Below, piece after piece: positions 28,005 to 38,302 of a stretch of 54,126 bases of DNA (its first letter is position 1; each line of letters opens with the position of its first letter). The notes under the pieces were generated by a model, which made no database searches, was not told the origin of the DNA, and saw only the letters and a program-made list of their open reading frames with translations. A program made the translations under genes and the position numbers. The stretch comes from a virus (taxonomy: Duplodnaviria; Caudoviricetes), in the IMG/VR virus record IMGVR_UViG_3300027911_000017, positions 1 through 54,126 of that record. One strand, written 5' to 3'.

Positions 28005-28279
28005 AGAACACCTCCTCTCTGTATAATTCTCTGATACAACGAACGTGTTATTCGCGTCCTCTTTGGCTCCTGACAAATATACAGATACCAACCTGCGGGA
28101 AGCTTTGTTCGTGCAAGGTATTCCAACTTTGCACTACGAGAAATACCCGGAACTTGGAGTAAGGCTACATTAAAAACAGGATCATCCATACATAGCTTTG
28201 TCAAATACGTCAAAGCCCGTACTCCTGTATATGTCCTTATCCCTTTCTGCACTAAAACTATCCGTGTTCTTGTGCTCAC
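28001..28279 (-). CDS. Hypothetical protein
   Basis: GTG start after GGAGG, coupled to neighbours. Confidence 0.6.
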   Translation of the reverse strand: MSTRTRIVLVQKGIRTYTGVRALTYLTKLCMDDPVFNVALLQVPGISRSAKLEYLARTKLPAGWYLYICQEPKRTRITRSLYQRIIQRGGVL

Positions 28280-29040
28280 AAACCCTCCGCCCAATTGGAG
28301 ATAGCTTTTGCCAGTCGAACGCCCGAACTACGAGCGGGCTTATCTATATGGGGCATGGAATTAACCTCCAATACATAAAGTAAACCATCCTTGCCTAACA
28401 ACAGATCAACGGCACCCCAATCCATTTCAAGGGCTGATACAGCTTGTATGGCAGGTACTGTTATAGCCTTATGAGTACGAAGTTCATCCTTCTTTTCAAA
28501 CTTAAAACCAAATCTTCGATTCCGGCAATAGCCTTGATACTCACCCTCACCTTTGTAGACCTTTTCATACATGGCCAAGGCCTTATTTTGAAAGACCCAT
28601 ACCCGATATTCCGTCTGAGTAGGGATAAAGACAGAGAAGAAGTCGTGGTTGCCTTCGGCAATAACCCGATACACTTCCTCTGAAGTCTCACACACAGCAA
28701 TGTCCTTTCCTTTCGTGTGATGTACCCTTCGCGCAAGCCAAGGCAGACTAGGACCATCGTTGGGGTGGAGTTCCGCATCTCTCATGCCCACGGTAACAGG
28801 GCACCGAACACCCGCTCGACCAAAAGCCTCAAAAGCAGAGTATTTATCGTACCGATTTACCATGGCATTAAGGGCTGGTTTATTTCCCTCGTAGGAAATA
28901 CCCCAGCGTAAGGTGACATCCCACCCCTCAGGGTCCTTTGCATCCCTAGTAACCCTATGTCCAAGGTTTTCCAGATGCCCTTTTACAATGTTAATCGCGG
29001 TATTACTACGCTTACCTCCTGCAATGTAAATAGACTTCAT
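28276..29040 (-). CDS. ATP-grasp ligase (RimK-like)
   Basis: LRWG, DKY, EYRVWVF, GAVDLL, YVLEVNSMP. Confidence 0.85.
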   Translation of the reverse strand: MKSIYIAGGKRSNTAINIVKGHLENLGHRVTRDAKDPEGWDVTLRWGISYEGNKPALNAMVNRYDKYSAFEAFGRAGVRCPVTVGMRDAELHPNDGPSLPWLARRVHHTKGKDIAVCETSEEVYRVIAEGNHDFFSVFIPTQTEYRVWVFQNKALAMYEKVYKGEGEYQGYCRNRRFGFKFEKKDELRTHKAITVPAIQAVSALEMDWGAVDLLLGKDGLLYVLEVNSMPHIDKPARSSGVRLAKAISNWAEGL

Positions 29041-30041
29041 TAGTTTACCTTCTCCTTCTTGACACGAAACTCAGGAGGCGGCCACAGTCTACCTCCACAT
29101 CCTTTTTTCTCTTTTGGACAATTAAAGTTCATATACTGTCCATCCTTAGGAATTAACCACATCTTGTTGCACGTGTGACACCAAGCGTCCTTGCGTTCTT
29201 CTACTCCCTGTTTCTGAGTAGCCGCATCCCATTTCGCTTGTCGTTTTGCGTATTCTTCATAAGTCTTACGCCAAGGTTCACTAAAGTTGCCCCCTGATAT
29301 TTGGCAGGGACGCTTGAGTTCAATGCCCCCAAGACTAAGAATCCAACCCGTATTATCAGGCATGTTAGTAAAAGCTACATCCGGCTTCTGTGCCTGAAAC
29401 CAGATACCCTTACGTTCAACAAAGGGTCTACACGCTTTATGTAAGGTATTCTTCTCACTTGAAAAGAAGAAGAAATCTTCATTGCTGGCTAATACAAGTG
29501 GATTTCCACTTCGTATCAGCATAAGCTTATCTGGATGTTCTGGATGGATAGCTGCGATAGCTCCACTACCTGAAGCTCGACCAAGTTGTTGCATAGTCGT
29601 TTCCCTGAATCCAAATTCATCCACAATGGCTCGAATGACATCGGAATCGGTATCCGCTTTGCGCTCTAGTTTAAGTTGCTCAAATAACCATTTATCATTT
29701 CGAATAACTCCATTGTGGATGATGGCAGCTTTTCCTGCGTACATAGGGTGATTGTTATTATTATCCCGTGGATTCCCCTGAGAAGCCCCTCTTGCATGAA
29801 TAAGAGCACATCTCGTATCGGGTTTAAGATGATCTCGAATAAACGTAGTATACTCATGTGAGCCCACTAACGTCCATCCGGGTACATCTTTCTTGAGAAT
29901 GGAAATAGAGCCGTCAGCCTGCTGAAGCGCAATGCCTGACGCATCGTTACCCCTGTGTTCATTCCCTACAAGAAGAATACCTATTGTTTCTTCTTCAATA
30001 GGTTTATCCCCCCATCGAACTATTCCTGCTATACCGCACAT
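29040..30041 (-). CDS. Class II (Ntn) glutamine amidotransferase
   Basis: N-terminal MCGIAG, HRGNDASG, HAR, NNHP, HNGVI, TDSD. Confidence 0.9.
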   Translation of the reverse strand: MCGIAGIVRWGDKPIEEETIGILLVGNEHRGNDASGIALQQADGSISILKKDVPGWTLVGSHEYTTFIRDHLKPDTRCALIHARGASQGNPRDNNNNHPMYAGKAAIIHNGVIRNDKWLFEQLKLERKADTDSDVIRAIVDEFGFRETTMQQLGRASGSGAIAAIHPEHPDKLMLIRSGNPLVLASNEDFFFFSSEKNTLHKACRPFVERKGIWFQAQKPDVAFTNMPDNTGWILSLGGIELKRPCQISGGNFSEPWRKTYEEYAKRQAKWDAATQKQGVEERKDAWCHTCNKMWLIPKDGQYMNFNCPKEKKGCGGRLWPPPEFRVKKEKVN

Positions 30042-30063
30042 TTAGTCATAACCTCCTTTAAGC

Positions 30064-31629
30064 TTAGAAGCCATCATCTCTACGAATCACACGTTTCTTT
30101 CGTCTCTGAACTGGATTCACGTAATCAGGTATCCCTGCTCTAGCAGGCCTTCCGGGATATGGAGGCACAGGATCATATCTCACATTGTCTACTACATGTT
30201 CCTCTGGTAGATTGAATATATCTCTTGGTCCTACCTCTTTCGCCACCTCCTTTTTACCAACTTGTTCTACGCCTTGTTCACCCATGATGAGTTTGACAAC
30301 TCGCCCTAATTTAGAGGGGGCTTGAACCTCATTCTTTTTGAAGACTTCTACTTTATCCCATTTAGTCCAATCTGTCGTGTGAAACTCACTTGCCCTACAC
30401 AAGGGTAACAAACTCGAATTTGCCAAAAGTTTATTGAACGTCTTACAGCTTTTTAAGCAAGTATTTATATAGCTAGGCACGTGTAAAGTAGCCACTCCTA
30501 AGTTATTAGATACGGGGAAGAGAGAGAGCCTAAACCCTTCAGCAGCAAATGCCTTAACTAAGGCATTTCTATCCAGCGGATAGGAATGATACAATGTAGG
30601 CGTAGCCACGGAAGGAGTCATCTCTACTCCAAAAGAAAATCTATAGCTCAGCAACTCCGCTCCTACATCTGGTAAATGCCCTAAACTGTGCGGTTGTATA
30701 TGCACAAGAGAAACGTCCTTAGGTAAGGTGTAGGGTGCCCACGTAACAGAAGGTGCTTTATAACTTACAAAAGGCATTCCATGTACAAAATGATTGAACA
30801 ACCCCCTACATGTCTCAAAAGAGGGGGCTAAAGCACTTGGAATAAAGTAATGAGAAGAATCAGAACAAATACCCACATTACCTGACCAGACACCCCAACG
30901 ATACTTAAAATCAGTCATGTCTTCCTTCGGTTTACCTATTCGTTTAACTGTTTCAAAGGCAATAGCCGCGTCTTGATCTTTATCTTTGTACCTTTCAAGC
31001 AAAGTAGCGGAGTCTGGAAGAGAAGCAGCCCCTATGCCTGCAAATAGCTTTCCATCATGTACTGCAAGCTTTGCTACCGTTAAAACATAAAAGGTAAGCC
31101 ACGGACTTGCCAGATATGTAGGGGTAGTTCTATACTCATACCCATATACCTGTGCGCGAAAGTCACCCCACTTTCCGTATTTTGTACCCTGCCGTCTTGC
31201 CAAAAAATAATTTTTAAGTAGCACCCCTTCAGCCATCAATCGAGAAGTCAGATTATCCATAATACGGATTTCTGTATCTCTCGTCGGACGCCTACGACCA
31301 AAGTGTATATGGCCTCCACAGCCATCCTTACCGTTGAAGGCAGTAGCCATCCAGTGTAAGTTCATGACTTCATCTTTATGGAAAGCTCCCATCCATTGCA
31401 AGGCTTCTGCTAAGGAAGCAGTAACCTCTAACGCAGAACGGGAAGGAATCGTGCGTAACTCTGCTTGCCGTCCCGCCATATCACAACCAAAAGCTCTGGT
31501 AGTGTTCAAACCTAGAGTTTCAGCGTGTATATACGAACCCGCAGCATTTACAAGGATAAACTCAGGATCTGCTCCTATCTTAAAATGGTTCACTAACCTT
31601 GGATGCTGCGTGTAGGACGTTAACCGCAT
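30064..31629 (-). CDS. phiEco32-like COOH-NH2 ligase (amidoligase)
   Basis: IGADPEF, GCD, AELR, GGHIHFG, YGKWGDFR, GYEYRT. Confidence 0.85.
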   Translation of the reverse strand: MRLTSYTQHPRLVNHFKIGADPEFILVNAAGSYIHAETLGLNTTRAFGCDMAGRQAELRTIPSRSALEVTASLAEALQWMGAFHKDEVMNLHWMATAFNGKDGCGGHIHFGRRRPTRDTEIRIMDNLTSRLMAEGVLLKNYFLARRQGTKYGKWGDFRAQVYGYEYRTTPTYLASPWLTFYVLTVAKLAVHDGKLFAGIGAASLPDSATLLERYKDKDQDAAIAFETVKRIGKPKEDMTDFKYRWGVWSGNVGICSDSSHYFIPSALAPSFETCRGLFNHFVHGMPFVSYKAPSVTWAPYTLPKDVSLVHIQPHSLGHLPDVGAELLSYRFSFGVEMTPSVATPTLYHSYPLDRNALVKAFAAEGFRLSLFPVSNNLGVATLHVPSYINTCLKSCKTFNKLLANSSLLPLCRASEFHTTDWTKWDKVEVFKKNEVQAPSKLGRVVKLIMGEQGVEQVGKKEVAKEVGPRDIFNLPEEHVVDNVRYDPVPPYPGRPARAGIPDYVNPVQRRKKRVIRRDDGF

Positions 31630-32159
31630 TACTTAACCCCCTTTTTAACCAATTCTAAAGCCCCAGCTAATGCACTCGGCTGTGCTTCTGACTCACACCA
31701 TACCTGTTGACATCCTTTAGTACACAAAGGAACGCCCCACTTAGTTCGTGTAGTCTTAAAATCACAAATAACACACATTGAATCTCGATCAAGCAGAGCA
31801 AATGCAGCTACCAAGACTTGATAGCATCCTTGTTTGTCGTTATGCTCTTTTCTAGCAGCAGGATTCTCGCAATCTGTATTTCCGCAACAACGACACTCCG
31901 CTATCAATCCGGGCATAGGACCAGACCACGTTGTTAGACACCAAAATCTATACTCCCAAAACTCGAAATCAGGCCCACTATACGGAGTATACTCTAGTGT
32001 GTGCCACCCCAATCTACCAGAAGTATCCAAAGGCATTGTAAAACTCTTAAACTGACTGACAACAGGAGGAATAACCAAGACAGGCTTGGGGCTTGTCCTC
32101 CACCCATGAGGCATCATTTTCTGTGTAATAACTGATCTTGGTAATCTTATCTCAGCCAC
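31629..32159 (-). CDS. Cys-rich hypothetical protein (zinc-binding)
   Basis: CRCC, CVIC and C..C pairs; GTG start after GGAGG. Confidence 0.65.
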   Translation of the reverse strand: MAEIRLPRSVITQKMMPHGWRTSPKPVLVIPPVVSQFKSFTMPLDTSGRLGWHTLEYTPYSGPDFEFWEYRFWCLTTWSGPMPGLIAECRCCGNTDCENPAARKEHNDKQGCYQVLVAAFALLDRDSMCVICDFKTTRTKWGVPLCTKGCQQVWCESEAQPSALAGALELVKKGVK

Positions 32160-32431
32160 ATTGCCTCCAAAAAGTCTTAGGGGCTTACCCTCCCACTTAC
32201 AGATAAGCCCTCCCTAAGTCACCGCTTCCCTTTCTTTTTCGGGCCATGTTCGTCAACACAGTAGGAAGTTAGGCTGCTTTGAGTTCCCTAAGGAACATAC
32301 AAGCTTCATACCCTAGTAAAGCTCGTCAGTTACCCAAGCTTTACACTACATCACCCCGCATAAACGTCTACTCATTGGCTTGAGCGACGCAGGGTGAATC
32401 TCTTAATAGAAGGATTAGACTCAATCCTTGC

Positions 32432-32935
32432 CTATACATCAAACTCCAACCCCGGCATCTTGTGTTCATGCCCCATGTTTTTAGTTAAGTACACAACCTC
32501 ATTACCCGACTTGGCATTTCTAAACAATTCGCTTGCCTGCCAGCCTCTCTTAAGACCCAAAGACCACCAGTAGCCCTGCAAGCCCCGTTCAGGACGAACC
32601 ACCTGTGTCATAAGTAGGCTGCCAAATCCCGAAGTATAGGTGGCTTCTTCAATAATCTTCAGTGCTGCGTCATAGTTCTGTTCAGTTGCAGGGGCGACGT
32701 TGATGTACCCAATAACCAAAACCGCGCAACACGCGGGCATTTGCTGTGCCCTAAAGTGTACGGTAAAGTCCTTTGTAGCAAACGCACAAGATATTTGCTC
32801 CCAATCTAGGCTAGGTTTAGATGCGCTAGGCACTGTCTCACATTCAAACCCTCTATCTTCACACAGCTTCTTCAACACATCCACAAACACGTTGGGATGC
32901 AAAACACCATTTATTGCTGGATGTAAATCCATCAA
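32432..32935 (-). CDS. Hypothetical protein, possibly GNAT-like
   Basis: QMPACCA..GFGSLLMT..LKRGWQ..FRNAKSGNEV pattern. Confidence 0.55.
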   Translation of the reverse strand: MMDLHPAINGVLHPNVFVDVLKKLCEDRGFECETVPSASKPSLDWEQISCAFATKDFTVHFRAQQMPACCAVLVIGYINVAPATEQNYDAALKIIEEATYTSGFGSLLMTQVVRPERGLQGYWWSLGLKRGWQASELFRNAKSGNEVVYLTKNMGHEHKMPGLEFDV

Positions 32936-33321
32936 AACCTCCCATTCTTAATCACGTTTTCTTGCGGAAAATGTCTATAGGTATGCTCATAAACCCAAGC
33001 AGAGGCAAACTCATCATCCACAAGCTTTCGAGTATAGGTAATCCCATTGTTCTCGATTTGGTCAAGCCACGGCCAGAGCTTCTCAGGAATTTCCCAAAGC
33101 TCCCCGTGTACCTTATCCTCAAGATTGGCAGTAAACCTTAAGCCAACTCCGCTATACTCTCTGCCATCATTGGGATGCCCTTCATGGTCCCAGCGTCGGC
33201 CAATGCCGTAGAGAACAGCGCTATTAAGCGTGGCCTCTTGGAGGAACTTAGCTCCATAATGCGATACGTCCAGCTCGTATCCGCGCTTTAGAATGCCGTA
33301 AACGAATAGCCTGTTGTTCAT
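32932..33321 (-). CDS. Gamma-glutamylcyclotransferase (AIG2-like)
   Basis: LFVYGILKRG, VHGELWEI, LDQIE, YTR, AWVY. Confidence 0.85.
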   Translation of the reverse strand: MNNRLFVYGILKRGYELDVSHYGAKFLQEATLNSAVLYGIGRRWDHEGHPNDGREYSGVGLRFTANLEDKVHGELWEIPEKLWPWLDQIENNGITYTRKLVDDEFASAWVYEHTYRHFPQENVIKNGRF

Positions 33322-33653
33322 TGTTTTCCTTTCCATACCCCACAGACTCATACAGACCGTCACTTACAAGGTTGTGTCCTAATTTGTCCTACACCAGAGT
33401 TATGTATTTGCCCCGCCGGACAGCTATTGATCCCTTACTATAAACGCGCGTGAACGGAGTTACTGGTACTAAGTACGTTCACAAAGTCACGCTCATAAGG
33501 GTAGTCTCCGCACTTTAATGTTGACAAGTCACCCTCCCTGACTCAGAAGATAAGTTGCTCCAAGAAGGTGTTAACCTCCTCCCAACCCGTAAGGGCCGCT
33601 GGAACAGTTATCGCAAATTGCGTTAGCATCCTGAAATGACGGTCTGTATCAGT

Positions 33654-33902
33654 CTATGGAGTTCCTTTCTCACATTTGGCAGCGGCTATATGACATTCTG
33701 CCCGCGTGCAAACATGGATACCCTTCATTTCTAATACCGCAGGTCTACCACACGTACAAGTCATGTCTGTGTCTAGCACACCTACCCCGGCACAGTAGTT
33801 ACACGCACCGTTCATAAAGTGGGCAAACACATCGCATATTTGCCTGCCTTTACACATTGGACATGGAAATTTCACAATCCCCCTTGATCCCACCTTGCCC
33901 AA
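33654..33902 (-). CDS. Small Cys-rich zinc-finger protein
   Basis: CPMCKG..CNYCAGVG..CTCG..C..C. Confidence 0.6.
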   Translation of the reverse strand: MGKVGSRGIVKFPCPMCKGRQICDVFAHFMNGACNYCAGVGVLDTDMTCTCGRPAVLEMKGIHVCTRAECHIAAAKCEKGTP

Positions 33903-34888
33903 GCTACTTTTGCATCGGGTATCCAGTCATCCTGAAAGTGCCAATTCCTTGCAAAATCTTCCGGGTAGGGCACAACAGCTTCCAAGCCAACATTGCATAA
34001 TGCAAAAACACGCTCTATACAGGCCTCTTCCGCAGCGGGATACGTCTGCTTCAACAGCCACGTAAACAAACCCCGATTCCGCCATATAATCCGGCGAGCT
34101 TGATCCACATCGCAGCTTTGAATCGTATGAATTGTCTCCTTCTCATCCCCCGCCCAAAGCTTCCAGTAACGCGAACGGGCAAACTGTACGCAAGTCCTGC
34201 CAATATCCCAAGTCAACTGCATAATCCGTGGAGAAGCCAACCACCAATTCGACAGAGTACGGTATTCAACTCCATATCCTGTGGCATAATTAGGTGCCCT
34301 GTACTCTCCCGGTAAGCCATAGAACTTCCGTCGAACAGGATCATCCCAGTTTTGAGCCACGCCTACCGCCCAGACGCCGAGAATCATATCCAATGTCTTG
34401 ATAATCTTCTCGTAATTTGGCTTAGTCCTCTTCCACGTTCCAAAGTGCATATGCCCACCCGCAAAGCGGAACTTCAACTGTCGAGCATTGGGTACCTTCA
34501 TTCCCGCTAAGTTATAGGCATTAAAACTCGGCTGACAACCAAGCTCTACGTGTGCGTGCTGTGCCGTTTGAAGTGTTTCTACTGGAATCTTAACCACATT
34601 CTTCAGAGTCAATCGTCCTTGCGGGTTAAACAGCTTAACCTTATCCGCCAACAGCATTAGCCGATCTCGCGTTTCTTTAATAAGATTATTCTGACAGTAA
34701 TGGGGCTGAAGATACTTCCATTCAGCTTGGAAGCCATCCCAATACAACAACGCACGACCCGTGTTGGGTGGCAGGAAGTTAAACGCGGGAATCAGCTCTT
34801 CCCCTGCCATAACAAACATCTCCGGGTCAGCCCCAAAGGTTAATTGCTTCCTTTTAGCTAGGACACCTTCCATACTCTCACCTTCCAT
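33872..34888 (-). CDS. Second phiEco32-like COOH-NH2 ligase (amidoligase)
   Basis: FGADPEMF, DGFQAE, LGCQPSFNAY, RFAGGHMHFG, RRKFYGLPGEYR, GVEYRTLSNWW. Confidence 0.88.
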   Translation of the reverse strand: MEGESMEGVLAKRKQLTFGADPEMFVMAGEELIPAFNFLPPNTGRALLYWDGFQAEWKYLQPHYCQNNLIKETRDRLMLLADKVKLFNPQGRLTLKNVVKIPVETLQTAQHAHVELGCQPSFNAYNLAGMKVPNARQLKFRFAGGHMHFGTWKRTKPNYEKIIKTLDMILGVWAVGVAQNWDDPVRRKFYGLPGEYRAPNYATGYGVEYRTLSNWWLASPRIMQLTWDIGRTCVQFARSRYWKLWAGDEKETIHTIQSCDVDQARRIIWRNRGLFTWLLKQTYPAAEEACIERVFALCNVGLEAVVPYPEDFARNWHFQDDWIPDAKVAWARWDQGGL

Positions 34889-34899
34889 TCTTGGCTAAA

Positions 34900-35547
34900 T
34901 TAGTGCTTCCCAAAGCTGTACATCAGCCTTAGTTGCACATTACCCGATACTGCCGTATTCCTTGCGCATGTGACGGGGCCTAAGCTACCATCACACGCTG
35001 GATTGCCCTGCTCAAGGATACGTCCCAGTTCATTAACCAAGCCAAAATGTAAGCACCCGTGATTAGAACAGCCAAGAGTAGTGTCAACTTCAAAAACTCC
35101 CCCGCGAAAGTGCGATGTTTCAAGCCCATTTCTCACCCCGTTGTGAAACTCTTGCTGATAAGCAAAGGTAAGCTGCGTATCAGAGCCTACTTTAACAGTC
35201 ACTCCACCGAGTACATAATCCGCGTGCTTCTTAGCTAAAGTTACCTGATATCGGGTATTTTCGTATCCGGATGTCAGGCCTAGCTTGGAAGCCACCCAGA
35301 GGGTCCCAGTAGAGATAGATTCATTAGCCCATCCATTGCCAAGAGCTATGTGATTCTCTAGGCTAAGAGTATCTCTACTCAAGAAAGTTATGCGCTTGAT
35401 TGCAGCACTTATCTCCACACTAGGACCCAAGCTAAGATTTGGTCCTATTTGACCCTGAGCACCGACGGCTAATTTAACTTGTCCGTATGTAGGGCAGGCA
35501 GCTAGAACACTAGCAATCATTCCAAGTAGAAGCTTTTTCTTGGTCAT
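34900..35547 (-). CDS. Secreted, probable outer-membrane beta-barrel protein
   Basis: Signal peptide MTKKKLLLGMIASVLAA; alternating amphipathic strands; C-term VQLRLMYSF. Confidence 0.55.
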   Translation of the reverse strand: MTKKKLLLGMIASVLAACPTYGQVKLAVGAQGQIGPNLSLGPSVEISAAIKRITFLSRDTLSLENHIALGNGWANESISTGTLWVASKLGLTSGYENTRYQVTLAKKHADYVLGGVTVKVGSDTQLTFAYQQEFHNGVRNGLETSHFRGGVFEVDTTLGCSNHGCLHFGLVNELGRILEQGNPACDGSLGPVTCARNTAVSGNVQLRLMYSFGKH

Positions 35548-37277
35548 TTCTCCCATTTCACTTTCCCGGTGCCGTGGCAGTCGGGGCAATCAGTAGGCCC
35601 CCGGTAAAATCCTAGGAATCCTGCTCCACCGCACGTCCCGCACACCGCTTCCGGCTGCGATTTAACATCTACTTTAAGGAACCGTTGTGGATTGAATCTC
35701 ATGCAAGTTTCACATCCGCAACTAGAGTCGTGCATCATGGCTTCTCCTTCGGCTGCGCTGGCCTGACGCACTTAACTGGCGCATATTTCCTAAGACGGTG
35801 CTTTGTTTCCCCGACATGATGCTTGCTGAACATCTTCATAATTCTATCGGCAGATGATTTCCAATACTCGACACGAAGAATCCGCCACCGCTTTTCTTTG
35901 GGAGCACGGCACTCGATGACCCACAAATTCATATTTGATCCTTCGGCTGCGCCGGCTCGGCTGCGGCACGGAGTTCTTTGATGCGCTCCGATTCCCACAA
36001 CGGCCAATTCTCTCTATCTATCTGCCACAACAGAGCCTCTTCCAGCCTCACCCTCACATCCCTGCGCTCCATTGCCTCCGCAATATCCTCGCCATGTGTC
36101 TCAGCAAATTCCTTCCGCGTCATGCGCTCGTAGTCATTGAGATAACACAGGAAATCCTTGTACTCCTTTTCCTGAATGATACGTTTATCCCTGCGCTCAA
36201 GCTCTGCGGCTGCTGGGGCGGGGATGAGGGAGAGGATGGCTTTTCGTATCTGTTTATTATTGTCGTAACAGTGTGTTTTGAAATGTTCAGCCGCTCGCGT
36301 CAGCGCACTCGCCACAGCAGCGTCTAGCTCGGCTTGGCTATAGGTGCGCTCAGGCATATGCTCGGCAGCCAACTTGCGAAGTTTTTCTTCAGCTATCACC
36401 AGACAGCGTATACAGCCCTGTTCCGAAAGATAATAAGATTGGTGCTTTTCACAGAACATCACTCACCTTCCTTTAGGATCGCGTCGAGTTCCATTGCACA
36501 CGTAGCTTGCGCCCTATCCCATTGTGTCTCGTCCATGTGTGCATACTGTCCAGTAGGCAGGTCTGAGGTCCACTTCGCGCTCAACTCCCTCAGCTTCTGC
36601 ACCAGCTCCGCGTGGCGGGATTCGATGGCGTCTATGGTGTCAAGCAGATTGTACTGAGCGTAAATGCTTAGGCTCATAGTTCTGCCATTCTCCAAATCAT
36701 CTCGCAGAAATTTCACCTGTTCCTTCGTCAACTTCATGTTATTCCTCCCCCAGTAGCCGTAGGGCGCGGATATCAGCCGCCAGCCCAACATGATCGTCCC
36801 TATCAGCCTCAATAGCAGCCCTCTCCCGCATCTCCCTTGCGCCCTCCTTGCGGGCCTCACTCTTCTGAATATCACACCATTCCAAGTCGTGATTCATGCG
36901 GTACCATTCCAAATCCGCAATCCGCTTATCCTTCTCGGCCATCAACTCGCTCGCGCTGGCGGCTCCGGCTTCAAAGGCTGCCTCTACCTCAGCCTCAAAA
37001 AATCTTTCATCGTTTCCATCATCCCAATCATGATCTTCACGTGTCCAATTCCAGCGCACGAACGCTTCGTTACTCATCGCTTTCCTCGCTTTGGTCGTGG
37101 GCCGATCTCTCGGGTTGTGAGGGGGCGAAGATGAGATGTTAAGTAATATGAACCGTCGGAAAGAGCACAATAATACCCAAGTTTACTGACTTTCGTCACG
37201 ACCAAATGTTTCGGCAAACTCCCGTTAGTTCTGCACACCACCTGCCCAACTCTAAACTTCGGCTTTGGCTTTCTCAT
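35544..37277 (-). CDS. Cluster of about six small overlapping hypothetical ORFs (35544-35771, 35735-36007, 35929-36462, 36459-36875, 36739-37170, 37074-37277; several true starts probably internal)
   Basis: Tightly coupled minus-strand ORFs with RBS-like purine runs; one carries a DnaJ-like CxxCxGxG repeat. Confidence 0.55.
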
Positions 37278-37391
37278 CGCTTTCCTCCCTCACCATAATC
37301 CGGGATGCTCCCTTGTTGAACTTAAGAATGCTTTATAGAGAAGCCAATTTGATTGGCCTCTCGAAAAACACCTTTCTAAACAACTATTCTA

Positions 37392-37928
37392 CTACTTAGC
37401 TTTGTACTCCCCTGTACTGTTCAAAGGAAATGGACTTACAATTACTCTTGGTTCCACATAAACAGGATCAGGTTCACCTTTTGGGCCTGCACAGATTACC
37501 CATGTGCCTTCCGCTGTGGGTGGCATAAATAAGCCATTGGGTTCAGCCTGTGGCATAGCGTGGGAACGAACATTAGCAGCAGCTACCTGCCAATACTGCG
37601 GATTCGAAAATTGAACTCCATAAGGTAATCCATACCCAATGGAGTCACAAAGATGCCATAATTTGCCATTCATATCCGGTACATAAGCAAATGTAGCAAG
37701 GTTACTGTCCCGCATTTCATAGAGCTTGCGAACCAGCTTCATTTCCGTAAAATTTGTTATTCCCGGCATACCTACTTGTTTACTAGCTTCTGACAGCATA
37801 CTTGCTTGTTGCTGAGATACTTTTTCGTCGGTGGAGGGACTTTTACCACATCCAATTAGACTAAAAGCTACAGCGCAAGCCAACGCTAATCCTAGACTAG
37901 TCAATAACGACTTTTTTGTCTTCATCAT
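37392..37928 (-). CDS. Lipoprotein of unknown function
   Basis: Signal peptide with lipobox-like LIGC; SIGYGLPY..PQAEPNGLF..YVEPRVIVSPF body. Confidence 0.75.
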   Translation of the reverse strand: MMKTKKSLLTSLGLALACAVAFSLIGCGKSPSTDEKVSQQQASMLSEASKQVGMPGITNFTEMKLVRKLYEMRDSNLATFAYVPDMNGKLWHLCDSIGYGLPYGVQFSNPQYWQVAAANVRSHAMPQAEPNGLFMPPTAEGTWVICAGPKGEPDPVYVEPRVIVSPFPLNSTGEYKAK

Positions 37929-38302
37929 CGCTCCGTCTGCAAACGAAGCAAGAAACTCTGCAAATTCTCAGGCAGCTTTGTCTCATCCACCTGACTTGCT
38001 TCGGTTAGAATAGTCTGTCGTAAAGCCGCTTTTTGATCTCCTATAGCTGAATCATAAGCTAAACGAAGTCGTGTAAGATACTCCGTTTTACCTTGAATAT
38101 AGCTCGCGGTATTTACAAAGACTTCCCGTTCAGCATTAGCCCGCTTAGGTGCCCAGAACTTATAGGTGAACAAATCCCCACCCGTTGCCAAGAATCCAAG
38201 CCCAAAAGTAACTACGCCTATTGCAAGAACTCCACCAACTATACGTGGTAGCGTCCACATAGCCTCTTTCGAAACATCCCGAAAGTCATCCCTATAAGTC
38301 AT
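37925..38302 (-). CDS. Membrane-anchored hypothetical protein, coupled to the lipoprotein gene
   Basis: N-terminal TM helix then helical domain; ATGA overlap with the next gene. Confidence 0.7.
   Translation of the reverse strand: MTYRDDFRDVSKEAMWTLPRIVGGVLAIGVVTFGLGFLATGGDLFTYKFWAPKRANAEREVFVNTASYIQGKTEYLTRLRLAYDSAIGDQKAALRQTILTEASQVDETKLPENLQSFLLRLQTER

Noticed and set aside
32322-32329. CUGACGAG on the minus strand, a possible second hammerhead core
   Set aside because: No correctly placed GAAA or three-stem junction around it.
33440-33540. Twister-like fragments (UAACUCCG and GCGGAG on the minus strand)
   Set aside because: The conserved P4 loop and pseudoknot elements are missing.
24290-33656. 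TAG stop-codon reassignment, suggested by a few short frames continuing past TAG
   Set aside because: Long conserved genes are intact in the standard code and several genes end cleanly at TAG.
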